Shown: positions 8,401 to 16,924, counted from the stretch's first letter. The stretch: 54,059 bases of DNA from Candidatus Gottesmanbacteria bacterium (GCA_023245335.1 JAHFKK010000001.1:1164053-1218111), one strand, 5' to 3'. Numbers and translations: made by a program. The notes: generated by a model not told the origin, from the sequence alone.

Positions 8401-11314
8401 TCATGAGATCGGACTGATTGCGGGACCTAAATTTACGATCACCGGCGACGAGCTTCCGAAGGGTGGATTATGGGATTACTTCCTGATACGCGCACGTGAT
8501 GCGAATGATCCGAACGGTCTTGCAACGACTAATCTGTTGAAAAATCTTTTCCGTCTCTATACGCACGACCATCAATCAGAAGTAATTAGCTCCACAGGAC
8601 ACCCCGGATACTTTGACGCGCCTGAACACCTGCGCGCGGCGACCTACGGCACTCTCGGGAAAGTCAACGAAGTCGATCTTACGAAGATCCCCAACGACGC
8701 ACAAATAAAATTGCCCGAATCAGTCTTTGGTCAGGACGCAATTAGTCGTATTCGAGACCTGAATACACAGGCAATCAAAGATTATCAGCATGTCCTCGCA
8801 AGCAACGCGAATGTCCATGGACCCGGACAGGCAATCAATGCGATGTATAACGATACCACTAATCCAAACTATAAAATGGAAGCGGTCATCCTCAGGCTTG
8901 GTTATCAGGGCCAGGACTCAGCGCTTCCGACCAAACCGGAAGATCTGAAGCTCGTCTACGACGCCCTACACGCGACCGTGCAGTCTGCGCAAGCCCCACC
9001 AGAGACAACAATGCATCAAGTCATAATTTCCGCGAGCACTCCTCCCGGAGCGGCTATTTCCGGAGCACTCGGCCACGACGCAAGCGGCGTAATGGATAAG
9101 CTTCACGCTGCTGCCGCTGAGACAACGCGAAACATTATCGATAAAGGTGAACGCGACGTGATAGCAAGTGCTGCCAAACAAAATATCTTCGACACGGCAA
9201 GTGCTTCCGCGCGTACGTTGGCAGAAAACGCCGCCCATGCCTTCGGCGCCATCCCACAATCTGAAATGCCCTGGTTCCCGATCTTCATCCCGTATCATGC
9301 GTCACTTGAAATGGCGCCGGTCGAAATCGTGAGCACACTTCCCAAATCCGAAAACATGCTCCTCTCCCCCTTCGGGATGGAAGATGCATTCCTTACGAAA
9401 GACGCGATAACGGCAAGACGTTCTCCTCGTCTTTCCGAAAACCCAGCGATACAACTCAAACAGAATGAGGAAATTTCCTGGTACCTCTCTCAATTACCAG
9501 AACAAGATACACAAACGCTTACTGAACTCCTTTCTCAGACGACGGGTAAACCCATATCTCCGGACGTCCGCGCGGTTGTTACTATGCCGACCATCGGCAT
9601 GACGACATCTGTCTACGATCGTTTGCAAAGTTATGTCGGCCAAACAAATGCCGATGGCTCACCGCTGAATCCGAAAAAGGTGGAATACGTGGTCTACGAC
9701 GTCGCGGTGACGAACCAAGTCACTCCGTCCGAAATTGCATCCGCAAAAGCTGATGTAGAACGATTCATGAAAGATCATCCCGAAGCACAGGTACTCTACC
9801 TGTCACGATCGTACGAACCGCCGGTACAAGCTGGTCGGATCAAACGGGACATGACCAATGTCGTGCTTTCCCGTATCGGAACACTGCCCGTCGACAGCCA
9901 GGATGTTTCGATCCTTTCTGATAATGGCGGCATCGCCGTTCAGCCCACATATCTTGCGAGCACGATTAGTATATTCGATGCCGAACCGGCTGTTGATCTG
10001 GTCACGGGTGAAAGCAAACTCGATCCCCAAGCATATAGTGAATTCCCCATGTTGTTTGCGCCGCATCATGCATTTGAGTTATTTGATGCATTAGTACGCC
10101 ACGGTGAATCCGGCCATGTGCCGGGCATCATTTCGGGAAACAATGCGGTCCGTGCCTCCACGCTTGCCGGCGTTGGCGGCTACAATAGTGCCACCCCAAT
10201 CGCAGAGGATCGCGAGCTTGCCTGGATGATACAAGCTGCCCGCGGAGATTCATCCGACACCATACGGACTATCCCGGCACTCACAACCACAGCCGATCCA
10301 ACGGAACTTTCCTACCGCATGCTCCAACATGTGGGACTTGCCGACAACAACGTCGCACGAACTGATAATGACACATACAAAACTCTCGGATGGAAAGACT
10401 TAGCACAAAAAGCCAACGAGGCCTATACCAAAGAACTATTTGAGGCGGATCTCAATAATCTCTATACGGGTATTTATCCGTCATTGAAGGCTTCTAATCC
10501 AGTCCGTTTTGATGCGTACTTCAAGCGGACCATGGATACACTCGGAATCCAATATGAAGTGACCGACGGCAAAATTCACCTTCTGGATACGACGACCCTT
10601 CCTGCAAATATGGCGGCAGAGCTCGATACGGAATCATTCGCAAAACAGGCAGCGACCGAAGTAGTCACTGCTACTCCGCCCGAACCGGCAACACCGCGCG
10701 AATCATTACAAAATCTTGCAGGCCCTGCGGAGAAGCCCGCTTCGCCAGAACAAACGCAAGAAACCATGGCGGCCTCCATTTCGTCCCCGGAAGTCCGAAC
10801 GAAAGGGACAGCCGTAACTCCAGAAACGACTGGCACCCCCCAACGAGCGGAAACACTTCCTGAGGGCGTAGAGGATAGGGTCAACTACATACTAAATAAA
10901 ACTAAAGAATCCACAGCTGCCGTAGATGTCACGACCGGAGAACTCATGGACTATCTGAAGTCAAGACTAGAAATGGCAGGAAATACCCGAATTACGGACG
11001 GAAAAATAATAATAGACGGCAATACGGTGACTCTTGCCGATATGAAGGCAAAATCATTTGTCGGCAATGTATTTTTCAACGGCAAAATGGTTACTGATCC
11101 CCAAAAAGGGCTGATCGTCGATATGAATACAATCCACTACGAGTTGCCGCTTCTCATGCGCCTATTTGAGGGCCGCATCAAAAACCAGCTTGGACACTTC
11201 AACGACACACTCCTCCTCCACATGAGTCAGCGCATCCCCACAACATGGAAAGCCGACCGCCTGGACATCGTCGGGGGGAAGATAGAAGTGAAATTCTCAA
11301 AGAATACAAAATAA
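5432..11314 (+). CDS. Giant 1960-aa protein with Gly-rich hydrophobic helices and a C-terminal GT2-like domain
   Basis: Long open frame; hydrophobic G-rich segments near 7030-7200 and 7895-7950; GT-A-like region near 9565-10330 (VVTMPT, VGGY...AEDRELA). Confidence 0.9.
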   Translation: MPDPIPNQEIPSSLNIVVGETPLYLKTPQKIGGQEVTSLIIQATDKRGAAGIDSSVLLVKEPSRKKGEEGAIIDKPVNHVDPMDQMAWDKVSGVQWTDETGVSHIIPKEELSLNQPVPDAEEMTGTEPKAEGADGLSMTANEKQTEPAQPVAGSLSEAPVQEPPTEKPAETVGSQFETQQPEVMPEATPPVEPLPKVTPAKAREVLSSLTEDPNTITIVGLRAYETRALDLADRAMQRLGTPRVTERAESAKNLWDKTKDVAMGLEHVLVDTVWKQSIGGLYFHERARQYYLGMIRAAETPFAEQSIRLAEARATDRYNKKLADANFLSRVGMRGIEALRDTLGMRTAIQNMALEEIGVMKTNGELQGAETFEREAKAVRVRFGQDFDRADQFVRTQLGEKLEILDATKEEHKPLVEGIQGLLKQYATGEITDRAEFDKRTKEFFNATLKNVRPDIFAEAELYSSSLFDAAETLRNKMSHEAGLANIDEALSGMQIRLGLGQMGEVTSLEPTAVERGVSRVREVTDWLNKNNVIVPMVFNEVTIGSGVAIALSAVKFLQTAPFRAVAGITGPLGSITGGALAGGIFAGWREYGQLQKDYLTHLRERETGTQFTESMKRRAWFERLSVKQRSANEMMTTMQNALYETLPEGNIGDTLKINLTDDELRTTFATIADLQSRKAVSETGPKRIGLIQYSSREAIESERSALDIVANKALTDLDTYLSSHADQASSVLGGNTFSEFMVKLTTNQTQVLKQGVGVIDSFDDPVKATLGIVSQHAPEIDLVKRRWPFAGRETTGEEKVMGMDAILMEFNKEARSEAIKYGVRAGVIGAGVGAVLHLGDLHAAPDASHVGGVASTASIGHAGKEIGNIASSSTTVPPEGLTTAAQKVIEIGPPHQVMVDGITGANNEPLSAMLPPGYNFQHLIVGGHMDKWELIGPDKQVILNNLSFSPDGTLANATEVQQQLAAHGLSMTTNALPAEQIAGAAASGSHEIGLIAGPKFTITGDELPKGGLWDYFLIRARDANDPNGLATTNLLKNLFRLYTHDHQSEVISSTGHPGYFDAPEHLRAATYGTLGKVNEVDLTKIPNDAQIKLPESVFGQDAISRIRDLNTQAIKDYQHVLASNANVHGPGQAINAMYNDTTNPNYKMEAVILRLGYQGQDSALPTKPEDLKLVYDALHATVQSAQAPPETTMHQVIISASTPPGAAISGALGHDASGVMDKLHAAAAETTRNIIDKGERDVIASAAKQNIFDTASASARTLAENAAHAFGAIPQSEMPWFPIFIPYHASLEMAPVEIVSTLPKSENMLLSPFGMEDAFLTKDAITARRSPRLSENPAIQLKQNEEISWYLSQLPEQDTQTLTELLSQTTGKPISPDVRAVVTMPTIGMTTSVYDRLQSYVGQTNADGSPLNPKKVEYVVYDVAVTNQVTPSEIASAKADVERFMKDHPEAQVLYLSRSYEPPVQAGRIKRDMTNVVLSRIGTLPVDSQDVSILSDNGGIAVQPTYLASTISIFDAEPAVDLVTGESKLDPQAYSEFPMLFAPHHAFELFDALVRHGESGHVPGIISGNNAVRASTLAGVGGYNSATPIAEDRELAWMIQAARGDSSDTIRTIPALTTTADPTELSYRMLQHVGLADNNVARTDNDTYKTLGWKDLAQKANEAYTKELFEADLNNLYTGIYPSLKASNPVRFDAYFKRTMDTLGIQYEVTDGKIHLLDTTTLPANMAAELDTESFAKQAATEVVTATPPEPATPRESLQNLAGPAEKPASPEQTQETMAASISSPEVRTKGTAVTPETTGTPQRAETLPEGVEDRVNYILNKTKESTAAVDVTTGELMDYLKSRLEMAGNTRITDGKIIIDGNTVTLADMKAKSFVGNVFFNGKMVTDPQKGLIVDMNTIHYELPLLMRLFEGRIKNQLGHFNDTLLLHMSQRIPTTWKADRLDIVGGKIEVKFSKNTK

Positions 11315-11327
11315 GAGGAGGACATTA

Positions 11328-11732
11328 CTACTCTGACGACACGTCTGTGTCCACCGCACATACATCTATTCCGCTATAAAGTTTACCGTCATGCTTAAAT
11401 CTATCCGTACTAGTTGTTGGCCTAAGCCCTAAAGCTCCACCAACGAGAATCTGTATTCTACGCGTTCGGACAGTATTGTCATCGGGATCAGGACGATCTC
11501 TTTCTTCAACATAATCACTGGAACCTCTCGCAATATATGGTCCGCTCGTTCTTGCTTTATCACTGCTAAATTCAAGTACGCCATCTCCGTTTACCGTAAT
11601 CCTTCCATTCGTTCGTGCTCTCCCTTTTGTGATAATCGGTAATCGAAGAAGCGGATTTACTTCCACTGTTTTTGATCCTCCTGGTTCCAGTGAAGGGTTA
11701 CCAAACAAGCTAACTTCAATTTTTTTTGCCAT
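11328..11732 (-). CDS. Hypothetical protein
   Basis: 134-aa ORF filling the gap between two + strand genes. Confidence 0.6.
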   Translation of the reverse strand: MAKKIEVSLFGNPSLEPGGSKTVEVNPLLRLPIITKGRARTNGRITVNGDGVLEFSSDKARTSGPYIARGSSDYVEERDRPDPDDNTVRTRRIQILVGGALGLRPTTSTDRFKHDGKLYSGIDVCAVDTDVSSE

Positions 11733-11840
11733 AAAATATTGCTTTCGTCGATCCTACCGTATACAACACAAATATTCAAGAATAATTTAGCGTGAGATAT
11801 TTGCTTCCTATAGGCCTATCTGATATACTCCGGCCTCACC

Positions 11841-13673
11841 ATGACCGCAGTACAGGAAGCCCGAAAAGCCCAAACGAGTATTCATCTAGAGCCGGTACAA
11901 CATACGCAGGAGACGCTCTCTCAATGGGTCGGTTGGATGAATAACCCGGAAGTCCGCAAATGGATGTACGATGACCTCCCCAGTTCCCCTGAAGACATCA
12001 ACCGTTGGCTCTATAGCGCAACGAGTGATCCCCGCCGACACTACTTCGCCATCACGACCGAAGGGAAACAGATCGGTTTTGTGAGCCTAAGGCAGGACCA
12101 CGAACCCGAGAATACCGGCGAGATCGGCATCGTCATCGGGGCGACAGAGTATCAGGGACGCGGCATCGGGAAACAAGCCGTCGATGCAATGATGGATTAC
12201 GCGAAAAATTCCGTCCATCTTACCTCAGTACGGGCTATGATCAGACCGGATAATGAAAAAAGTATCCGGCTATTTACCGTTGCCGGATTTATCCGGACCG
12301 GAGAAGCAACCATACAGGGCACCCATATGCTGCGCTTCGACAAACGTCTGGACGTAATCGAAAATCGTTCATCACCCAAAGAAGAGGCGAAAGCGCTATT
12401 TACCGAAATAGGCTTAGTCCGTCCCACAGGACAGGAACTGGGCGAGGTTGCCATCGAATTCTCCCGGCAGCTCAAAAACGGCGGCAAGAAAAATGACGAG
12501 ACCTCAAGTCTCATGATGATCGATACATTACTCTCTCCTCCGGACCCCGAGCGCCTCAAAAATGAAATCGGTAAGCACGTGCTTATCGTTGAATATGGAG
12601 GGACCAAAGTGCGCGCGGCAATCGGAGAACTCGGTCCGGACGGCCAACCAACGATCGCCAAAAACCCGGAAACAGGTGTGATACAAAAAATCGAAGGAGA
12701 ATTTTCTACCTTACGGTTTGACTCCCCCGATGCGTTTTTTGGCGAGTTATTCCGCGTTATCGACACGTCACCAATACGCATTCTTCCCAAAACCATGCCC
12801 GACACGTTCGGACTCATCTGGTCGTATGTCGGCTATGCAGAACGAACACCAAATGGAGTGGATGTGCATACGAAAGAAGGATTATCAAAAGGAATTATCG
12901 TCCGCGACATGAATACCGTTTCGGTAGGTTCTGCCCTATGGGAAGCTATACGTACGCGCTACTACCCCGATGCACCATCTCAAATGCCGCATCGATTGGT
13001 CGTCCTCAATGACACCCCGGCTGTTCTTTTCTCGCATGTCCCGGAGCACAAAGGCGTCAATCAAATCGGTTTAGTCGATGGGACGGGATTTAATATCGCC
13101 ATACACGTAAACGGCAAAGCGTATAATCTGGAGGCAGGATTCTTTAACCTCCCCCTTCTCCCTGCCTATGCCGAATCGGTAGATCGAGCATATGAAAATT
13201 CCGGTAGAAATTTCGCAGAAAAACAATCATCCGGCAAATATGTGGGAGACCAATTCGACGCCATTGTCACACTCATGCTGGAACGCGGTATCATCAAAGG
13301 CACCAAAACAGAAAAACTGGATGGCCGGGATATGGACATGCTCCTTCAAGGAAACGCGGATGCGCTTTCTCATACGTTAGGTCGCGCACTCACCAATGAC
13401 GAACTTACTGCTGTTGCGGATTGTGCCGTACGCCTTCGGGATCGGGCGGCGCTTATCATTGGAACACTGATTGGTACCATTATCCGAACCTATAGAGATG
13501 GATTCGATCCATCTGTCAATATACCCGTCGAAGGATCATTTTTCCTAAAAACTCCGGGGCTTTCTGAAATTGCCGCCATGATAGCTGTCGCCGTTGGAGG
13601 CAAACCCGTGACTTTTTTACCGGGTGAGAATTTGGGTATCAAAGGCGCCGTTGCCGCAGCCCAAAGCATGTAA
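11841..13673 (+). CDS. RimJ/RimL-type GNAT acetyltransferase fused to a hexokinase (Hexokinase_1/2 fold)
   Basis: GNAT: QGRGIGK acetyl-CoA motif, N..SIRLF..AGF. Hexokinase: EYGGTKVR, LNDT, GTGFN, NLEAG, EKQSSGKYVG. Confidence 0.85.
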   Translation: MTAVQEARKAQTSIHLEPVQHTQETLSQWVGWMNNPEVRKWMYDDLPSSPEDINRWLYSATSDPRRHYFAITTEGKQIGFVSLRQDHEPENTGEIGIVIGATEYQGRGIGKQAVDAMMDYAKNSVHLTSVRAMIRPDNEKSIRLFTVAGFIRTGEATIQGTHMLRFDKRLDVIENRSSPKEEAKALFTEIGLVRPTGQELGEVAIEFSRQLKNGGKKNDETSSLMMIDTLLSPPDPERLKNEIGKHVLIVEYGGTKVRAAIGELGPDGQPTIAKNPETGVIQKIEGEFSTLRFDSPDAFFGELFRVIDTSPIRILPKTMPDTFGLIWSYVGYAERTPNGVDVHTKEGLSKGIIVRDMNTVSVGSALWEAIRTRYYPDAPSQMPHRLVVLNDTPAVLFSHVPEHKGVNQIGLVDGTGFNIAIHVNGKAYNLEAGFFNLPLLPAYAESVDRAYENSGRNFAEKQSSGKYVGDQFDAIVTLMLERGIIKGTKTEKLDGRDMDMLLQGNADALSHTLGRALTNDELTAVADCAVRLRDRAALIIGTLIGTIIRTYRDGFDPSVNIPVEGSFFLKTPGLSEIAAMIAVAVGGKPVTFLPGENLGIKGAVAAAQSM

Positions 13674-13690
13674 ATACTTCAGGGAGCCGT

Positions 13691-13719
13691 TTGCGTAATA
13701 CTATCTTATAGTGTATACT
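13691..13719 (+). promoter_or_regulatory. Sigma70-type promoter of the sortase gene
   Basis: TTGCGT-N17-TATACT, ending 14 nt before the ATG. Confidence 0.55.
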
Positions 13720-13733
13720 TCCACATCAATATT

Positions 13734-14615
13734 ATGAAGTCATCTGGCATCATTTACTACTACGAATGGCACCACTTCGGTTCTAAAAGTGCCCCTCCCG
13801 CGAGCAGGCACCCGTCATCCCACGCACGAGGGGGCGTCGGACAGACTCTGGGCTTCGGCCTCATAGCGCTTGCCCTGGGAGGGCTCCTGGGGCCCCTTAC
13901 GCCTTTTATACGCCTCGAGGCTGGCTATCGCCTCGTCCAGGCTCACGCAGCCATAAATGTCGCCGTGGAGAATCTCGACAAACAGGCGATCATCCTCATC
14001 CAAAAGGAATCCTTAGCCGCGGGGAAGCTTATCCCTGGGCTCTCGGCTCTTGCTCATAGCCTCTCAGGCCTTTTAAAGCCCAAAACGCCACGCTTGGCAA
14101 CAAACGCCAAAACCGTACTTTTTACCCCGCTTACCGCGCCTGACGGCTCGGTAATTACGCCTGTAGACACCAATTTTGGCCTCATTATTCCCAAAATTGG
14201 TATAAATGCCAATGTGATCCCTGCCGTCGACCCAACCAATCCCGGAGAATACGAAAAGGCGCTGCTAGAAGGAGTTGCGCACGCCTCCACCAGCTACTTT
14301 CCTGACCAAAACGGTACGGTGTATCTATTCTCACACTCGACAAGCTACGATTGGTTCGTGAAGGACCTGAATGCGGTCTTTTATCTGGTCAAAAACCTGG
14401 ATACCGGGGACACCGTCGTCCTTATGTATAAAGGGAAGGAATATACGTATAGGATCACGGAAAAGAAAGTTGTCTCGCCTGAAGCTGTTTCGTACCTGGT
14501 ACCGCACGCGGGAGCACGAAATCTCATCCTCCAGACCTGCTGGCCACCGGGATCGACAAGTGAAAGGCTACTTATATTCGCTGATCTCATAAGTGATGGT
14601 AGTCAAAGTATCTAA
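13734..14615 (+). CDS. Sortase
   Basis: N-terminal TM anchor; catalytic His (LFSHS), Cys (LQTCWP), Arg (ERL). Confidence 0.9.
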   Translation: MKSSGIIYYYEWHHFGSKSAPPASRHPSSHARGGVGQTLGFGLIALALGGLLGPLTPFIRLEAGYRLVQAHAAINVAVENLDKQAIILIQKESLAAGKLIPGLSALAHSLSGLLKPKTPRLATNAKTVLFTPLTAPDGSVITPVDTNFGLIIPKIGINANVIPAVDPTNPGEYEKALLEGVAHASTSYFPDQNGTVYLFSHSTSYDWFVKDLNAVFYLVKNLDTGDTVVLMYKGKEYTYRITEKKVVSPEAVSYLVPHAGARNLILQTCWPPGSTSERLLIFADLISDGSQSI

Positions 14616-14636
14616 CATAAGCATGTCCTATAACGC

Positions 14637-14665
14637 TTGACATGAAAAAAACTTTGTGATATAGT
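14637..14665 (+). promoter_or_regulatory. Sigma70 promoter
   Basis: TTGACA-N17-TATAGT with TGn extended -10. Confidence 0.7.
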
Positions 14666-14703
14666 CCACAAACTCGTTTAGCAAGTGTCGCTATCTATAT
14701 CAT

Positions 14704-15378
14704 ATGAAATCACTAAAAACGATTACCAGCGCTTTTGTCTTTAGCTCTCTCTTTTTGCTCGTTGCTGCGACTCCGGTTGCTGCCGATGGGACCTGCACCA
14801 ATCAATATGGTGCAACCGTCGATTGTCCGACTTCAAACATCGTTATCAATAAAACGGTTCGGTTCCCGACCAACGTCAATCTCTTTGTCGAAAATCTGAC
14901 GAGCAATGATCCGGCATACTCCCCCAAAGATGAGGTCGAGTATGATGTCGCAGTCTCTAACACCAGTAACGTCAATTTCCCAACCGTGACCGTCATTGAC
15001 GTATTCCCTTCCCAAGAAACGTTTGTCTCCGGACCGGGAACCTACGAAGCCACCTCCAACAAACTGACCTACGAAATTTCCAACCTCGCAGCCGGCACGA
15101 CCGTGCATAACCGCATACTCGTGCGAGTCAAAGACGCGAGCGTCTTCCCGGCTAATCAGGATATAACCTGTGACATAGTCAACACAGCAAACGCGACTGG
15201 TCCGGGCGGACAATCAGATCGGGATACATCCAGTATGTGTGTACAGACCAAAGTACTTGGAGCTACGACCCTGCCGGTTGCTGGTTTCGATGACTGGATG
15301 GTCGCCCTTCCCTTTGCTGCCTCCGGGATCGCAGGCTTAGGTCTTATCATCAGAAAGAATCGGAGGAAGATTTCCTGA
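14704..15378 (+). CDS. Secreted DUF11-like domain protein with a sortase sorting signal
   Basis: Signal peptide; VEYDVAVSNT...TVIDVFP DUF11-like repeat; LPVAG + hydrophobic stretch + RKNRRK tail. Confidence 0.85.
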   Translation: MKSLKTITSAFVFSSLFLLVAATPVAADGTCTNQYGATVDCPTSNIVINKTVRFPTNVNLFVENLTSNDPAYSPKDEVEYDVAVSNTSNVNFPTVTVIDVFPSQETFVSGPGTYEATSNKLTYEISNLAAGTTVHNRILVRVKDASVFPANQDITCDIVNTANATGPGGQSDRDTSSMCVQTKVLGATTLPVAGFDDWMVALPFAASGIAGLGLIIRKNRRKIS

Positions 15379-15449
15379 AGCTAATCACATCAGGAATACA
15401 CCTTCTGCCGGAGGCATAATAAATAAAGAGTACAATAGTAAGTTGAGAT

Positions 15450-15476
15450 AACCGGCAAGGGGGTGCCGGTTTTTTG
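15450..15476 (+). terminator. Rho-independent terminator
   Basis: AACCGGCA-N6-TGCCGGTT followed by a T-tract, about 70 nt after the stop. Confidence 0.75.
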
Positions 15477-15478
15477 AT

Positions 15479-16490
15479 GGCTGCTTAACGAGTATCCGAG
15501 TGTAGCAGCCGATCAATCCGGCGAGAAGCGCTCTTTGCGCCGTGTACGAATAAGTACCAGCCTCGCCGGATAGGCGGGACTGAAAAGGCGCAAAGCAAGC
15601 TCTGACGGATTGGTGGTTTTTGTTGAAATATCAACCTAAATAAGTATAGTTAGCACTTTTAAATATAGACTGATAAATATCAATATGTATCTTCGGAAAT
15701 GAGTCCCGCCCTGTCTTACGGCAGGAAGGCGGGCGGGATTCGTTTCTGGAGGTAACTCTCCGGATACGGATGATTTGTAGGAAGAACAAATGCGTTCTCG
15801 CTCTATCAACTTCATCCGTAGCACTTTAACAAGGCATACAGGGGAACAGTTTCTGACCCGATTCACATCGGGACAGAAATACTGTCGCCTGTCCTCTTGA
15901 GGACAGGGAAACGACACATGTTGTGTTGCTTCCCGCGTTCATACAGTGGACAGGAACTTAGTTTGCAGCAATGCGGACTAACGATTCTCATATTCCGGCG
16001 CCTTTCGCCCGTCCCTACATATCATTGCGGTATTAAGGGGCGTCGAAACGGACCGTTGGGACATGAAGATCATCTCTCAATAATATAGTTAGAAGCGTCA
16101 GCCAAAGGCTGATCGGCCTCTGACCGAGAACTGCGGACTATACGGACGTGCTTACTCCTCTTTGATGTCGTCTCTTACGGCGACCCGCCGTTGAGGCGGG
16201 AGTGTGTTTCATTTCCCCACTTATGTACAGAATATAGATTCTGTATGTATTGGGGAAATGAAATAAGAATATATTAAGAAATTTTGGGGGAAATTAAGAA
16301 GAAAAATAACGCGTCTTTGGGGGAAAATCTTGGGGGATTTCGAAAAAGCATGCGAACGGCATGTTTTGCGACGCAAAATATCCAGATTGTTTGTTTTATT
16401 TAAACAATAATCCGGATTATACCCGAAACACCACTCCCCTCCCGACTTGGGAGACCTGGGGGTGTTAAATAAAATCGTCCCGCACCAACG
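15479..16490 (+). ncRNA. Candidate large structured ncRNA(s) or structured leader, family unknown
   Basis: More than 12 stems of 6-14 bp, GNRA loops (GTAA, GCAA), + strand G-U pairs, a pseudoknot; no credible ORF. Confidence 0.45.
16098..16127 (+). repeat. 30-bp double-hairpin element, copy A
   Basis: TCAGCC-AAA-GGCTGA-TCGGCC-TCT-GACCGA. Confidence 0.75.
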
Positions 16491-16546
16491 GGATGAAATT
16501 CATCATGCCGCCGGCAAAAAAAACCGACGGAAGAGGAGAAAAGGCA

Positions 16547-16924
16547 ATGCGTAATAGAATTGGCACGACCCGCATCTTTGCGGCCCTTGCTCTACTGCTG
16601 GTCGTTTTGACAGCAGCGTGCGGACCAAATCCGGTGGCTAATCAAGCGGCAGCTTATGCCGATACAATCAGGGTTAAAGCGACGCCGGAGGTCTCCTGCA
16701 CTTTTGCTGAGGGGCAAACATACAATTTCGAATCGCGCGATGGGAATCCCGTCGTAGCAACAGAAGCTCTGTGCTCCGGAAAGGGACAGTGCAAGTCTCT
16801 CGAACTAGGAAGTCAGTTCACTGTTCTGATAGAGAAGCTGAACTTCCTATACAACTCATTTTGGGTCCGATCTAACGGGGTAATATATGAGGTCGACCTG
16901 AATGACGTCAAATGCGTGCCCTAG
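16547..16924 (+). CDS. Predicted lipoprotein
   Basis: AGGAG SD 9 nt before ATG 16547; basic N-terminus, hydrophobic core and LTAA-C lipobox; Cys pairs. Confidence 0.8.
   Translation: MRNRIGTTRIFAALALLLVVLTAACGPNPVANQAAAYADTIRVKATPEVSCTFAEGQTYNFESRDGNPVVATEALCSGKGQCKSLELGSQFTVLIEKLNFLYNSFWVRSNGVIYEVDLNDVKCVP

Noticed and set aside
16084-16142. Group I intron P7 (GACTA/TAGT)
   Set aside because: The elements are in the wrong order and simply form a local stem; there is no host gene.
16252-16336. G-quadruplex from four G-tracts
   Set aside because: Loops of about 30 nt are too long; treated as direct repeats instead.
16340-16425. c-di-GMP-I riboswitch (GACGCAAAA; also GGCGCAAAGC at 15587)
   Set aside because: Lacks the GGCAAAC-stem-GNRA arm and CTAA receptor layout; cmscan would be decisive.
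15479-16490. RNase P RNA, tmRNA or SRP RNA
   Set aside because: No GAGGAAAGTCC, tRNA-like CCA ends or GGAAGGAAGCAG signatures seen on either strand.
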